Below, one piece after another: positions 1 to 5,230 of a DNA stretch of 5,230 bases. This stretch comes from a virus. Its lineage: Duplodnaviria; Heunggongvirae; Uroviricota; Caudoviricetes. The notes below the pieces were generated by a model, which saw nothing but the letters and a program-made list of their open reading frames with translations, did no database searches and was not told the DNA's origin. Both the position numbers and the translations under genes were made by a program. Positions within the stretch are counted from its first letter, which is position 1. Every line of letters begins with the position of its first letter. The stretch lies in the IMG/VR virus record IMGVR_UViG_2713896780_000009; one strand, given 5' to 3'.

Positions 1-341
1 GCGGTGATCTGCGCGTTCACGTCCGGCTGCGCCGCGCTGGCGTTTTCGCCCTCCGTCGCTGGCACCACGTCAGTAACGTCAGCCTGCGAAGCAGTGGCTG
101 AAACAGTTGTTGATTGAGTCTCTTTGGTCATTCGCCCTCCTGAGAGACGGGATTTACGTGCATCCAGTGCATCACGCATAACGGTGATCGCATCGGTGCT
201 GTTGACAAGTTCATCAGCCAGTCCGGCATCAATGGCCTCCTGACCGCTGTACACTGCAGCCTCGGTATCCAGCACAGCCTGCACGGACAGGCCGGTATAT
301 GCCGACACCTTCTGCGCAAACATCCGGCGGGTTGCATCCAT
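1..341 (-). CDS. nu3: Scaffolding protein Nu3, nested in-frame inside C by internal initiation; partial (3' end beyond window start).
   Basis: In-frame ATG at 341-339 on the minus strand gives MDATRRMFAQKVSA..., matching the start of lambda Nu3 as I recall it (lambda has Q at the fifth position, from memory). Same frame and downstream sequence as C. Confidence 0.6.
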   Translation of the reverse strand, partial: MDATRRMFAQKVSAYTGLSVQAVLDTEAAVYSGQEAIDAGLADELVNSTDAITVMRDALDARKSRLSGGRMTKETQSTTVSATASQADVTDVVPATEGENASAAQPDVNAQIT

Positions 342-951
342 CCGGGACTGCAGTGTTTCCCGGACATCACCCGGTAGATGGCTGTAGGGGTTGCCATCCA
401 CCTTATGGCTGCCGCTGTAAATCAGCGTGATTTCCACGCCCTGTTTCTCCAGCGCAGCACCGTAATTACTGTGAGCCATCATGACGCCGATGGAGCCTGT
501 CCGGGCGGTCTGCGTGACCAGACGCCGGGAGGCGGCGCTGGCAAGCAGCTGACCTGCACTGCAGTTCATGTCGTTGGCCAGCGCCCATACCGGNTTTATG
601 TCACGCACACGGGCGATGATGTCAGCACAGTCAAATGCTCCCGCCACCATTCCGCCCGGTGTGTCCATATCGAGCAGAATGCCGTCCACCATCGGGTCGC
701 TGGCAGCCTGTTGCAGACGGGCGATAATGCCGTTGTAACCGGTCATCCCCGAATACGGCTGCAGCGCCCGCGTCCGGCTGACCAGCGTACCGGACACCGN
801 NNNNNNNNNNNNNNNNNNNNNNNNNNNNNNNNNNNNNNNNNNNNNNNNNCTGATCCCAAGCTGGCCTGCAAGCGCACAAAAGAAAACCCGCGCATAGGCG
901 GGTTCAAGCATCAGCGGCTCATTAAAAGCCATGCTGGCAATATGCGGGAGA

Positions 952-971
<20 letters not shown>
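1..971 (-). CDS. C: Head maturation protease / scaffold protein gpC, 5' portion only (3' end lies beyond the window start). Interrupted by the N run 800-849 and ambiguous base 594.
   Basis: Minus-strand frame (codon top position = 2 mod 3) translates from 971 as VTAELRNLPHIASMAFNEPLMLEPAYARVFFCALAGQLGIS, then after the N run ...PVSGTLVSRTRALQPYSGMTGYNGIIARLQQAASDPMVDGILLDMDT..., and near the window start ...TQSTTVSATASQADVTDVVPATEGENASAAQPDVNAQIT, matching lambda gpC from memory. Start is GTG at 971-969, preceded by a strong Shine-Dalgarno GAGGAGGAG; the first in-frame ATG is at 932. Overlaps the B stop by 20 nt. Not in the ORF track because it runs off the window edge. Confidence 0.85.
800..849. 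other. Run of 50 N (unknown sequence) inside gene C; reading frame is preserved across it.
   Basis: Direct observation of the N run. The C frame is = 2 mod 3 on both sides. Flanking residues are GIS before and PVSG after; by my recollection of lambda about 44 residues (about 134 nt) separate these, so the true gap is probably longer than 50 nt. Confidence 0.9.
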
Positions 972-4632
<3,661 letters not shown>

Positions 4633-4658
<26 letters not shown>

Positions 4659-5178
4659 TCAGCAACCCCGGTATCAGTTCATCCAGCGCGGCTGCTTTGT
4701 TCATGGCTTTGATGATATCCCGTTTCAGGAAATCAACATGTCGGTTTTCCAGTTCCGGAAAACGCCGCTGCACCGACAGGGGGATCCCGTCGAGAATACT
4801 GGCAATTTCACCTGCGATCCGCGACAGCACGAAAGTACAGAATGCGGTTTCCACCACTTCAGCGGAGTCTCTGGCATTTTTCAGCTCCTGTGCGTCGGCC
4901 TGCGCACGCGTAAGTCGATGGCGTTCGTACTCAATAGTCCCTGGCTGGAGATCTGTCTCGCTGGCCTGCCGCAGTTCTTCAACTTCCCGGCGCAGCTTTT
5001 CGTTCTCAATTTCAGCATCCCTTTCGGCATACCATTTTATGACGGCGGCAGAATCATAAAGCACCTCATTACCCTTGCCACCGCCTCGCAGAACGGGCAT
5101 TCCCTGTTCCTGCCAGTTCTGAATGGTACGGATACTCGCACCGAAAATGTCAGCCAGCTGCTTTTTGTTGACTTCCAT
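4633..5178 (-). CDS. nu1: Terminase small subunit gpNu1 (181 aa), complete.
   Basis: ORF track 4633..5178 (-), MEVNKKQLADIFGASIRTIQNWQEQGMPVLRGGGKGNEVLYDSAAVIKWYAERD...LLSEYIEQSG, matching lambda gpNu1. N-terminal helix-turn-helix region is about residues 5-24 (5107-5166); GGGKG P-loop-like motif at residues 32-36. ATG at 5178 with GGA about 8 nt upstream. Confidence 0.95.
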
Positions 5179-5202
5179 TGTTCATTCCACGGACAAAAAC
5201 AG

Positions 5203-5218
5203 AGAAAGGAAACGACAG
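5203..5218 (-). promoter_or_regulatory. cosB R1-like element (gpNu1 binding site) just upstream of nu1; cosN itself lies beyond the window end.
   Basis: Plus strand agaaaggaaacgacag is, on the minus strand, CTGTCGTTTCCTTTCT, which I recall as the R1 element of lambda cosB about 25 nt upstream of the nu1 start. The minus strand of the last 70 nt (gctttttggcctctgtcgtttcctttctctgtttttgtccgtggaatgaacaATGgaagtc) matches lambda around bp 139-200 from memory. Exact site boundaries are uncertain. Confidence 0.45.
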
Positions 5219-5230
5219 AGGCCAAAAAGC

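Noticed and set aside
128-397. Alternative-frame minus-strand ORFs inside C, B, A and nu1 (128..397, 631..879, 1103..1378, 1791..2132, 2145..2498, 2710..2967, 3220..3411, 3712..4011, 4369..4563).
   Set aside because: Out-of-frame overlaps with the real genes and no independent support. 631..879 is simply the +1 frame of C running into the N gap.
4782-4955. Restriction sites (GGATCC near 4782-4787, AGATCT near 4950-4955) as possible signs of a cloning-vector origin.
   Set aside because: Six-base palindromes occur by chance at this frequency, and there are no polylinker, vector backbone, or junction sequences. The substitutions relative to lambda argue for a natural relative.
5037-5225. 62-aa minus-strand ORF starting inside cosB and overlapping the nu1 start in another frame.
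   Set aside because: It begins within the cosB R1 region and overlaps nu1 out of frame. No such gene exists in lambda-type phages and there is no convincing initiation context.

Overview
This window is the reverse complement of the left end of a bacteriophage lambda-type genome: the DNA-packaging and head-assembly module. All real genes are on the minus strand, tightly packed, in the order (reading right to left) cosB edge, nu1 (terminase small subunit), A (terminase large subunit), W (head-tail joining), B (portal), and the 5' part of C (head protease/scaffold, with nested nu3), which runs off the window start. The translated products match my memory of the lambda proteins almost residue for residue, with a few substitutions, so this looks like a lambda relative (for example a lambdoid prophage) rather than the laboratory reference; I could not run an alignment to confirm that. 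Two 50-nt N runs (800-849, 4082-4131) and one ambiguous base (594) interrupt C and A. They appear to be fixed-length placeholders for longer sequence, and the frame break in A is an artefact of this, not a pseudogene. I see no CRISPR array, tRNA, transposase, or defence/toxin cargo, and no evidence for a novel or undescribed system. All plus-strand ORFs in the track are antisense shadows of the minus-strand genes.
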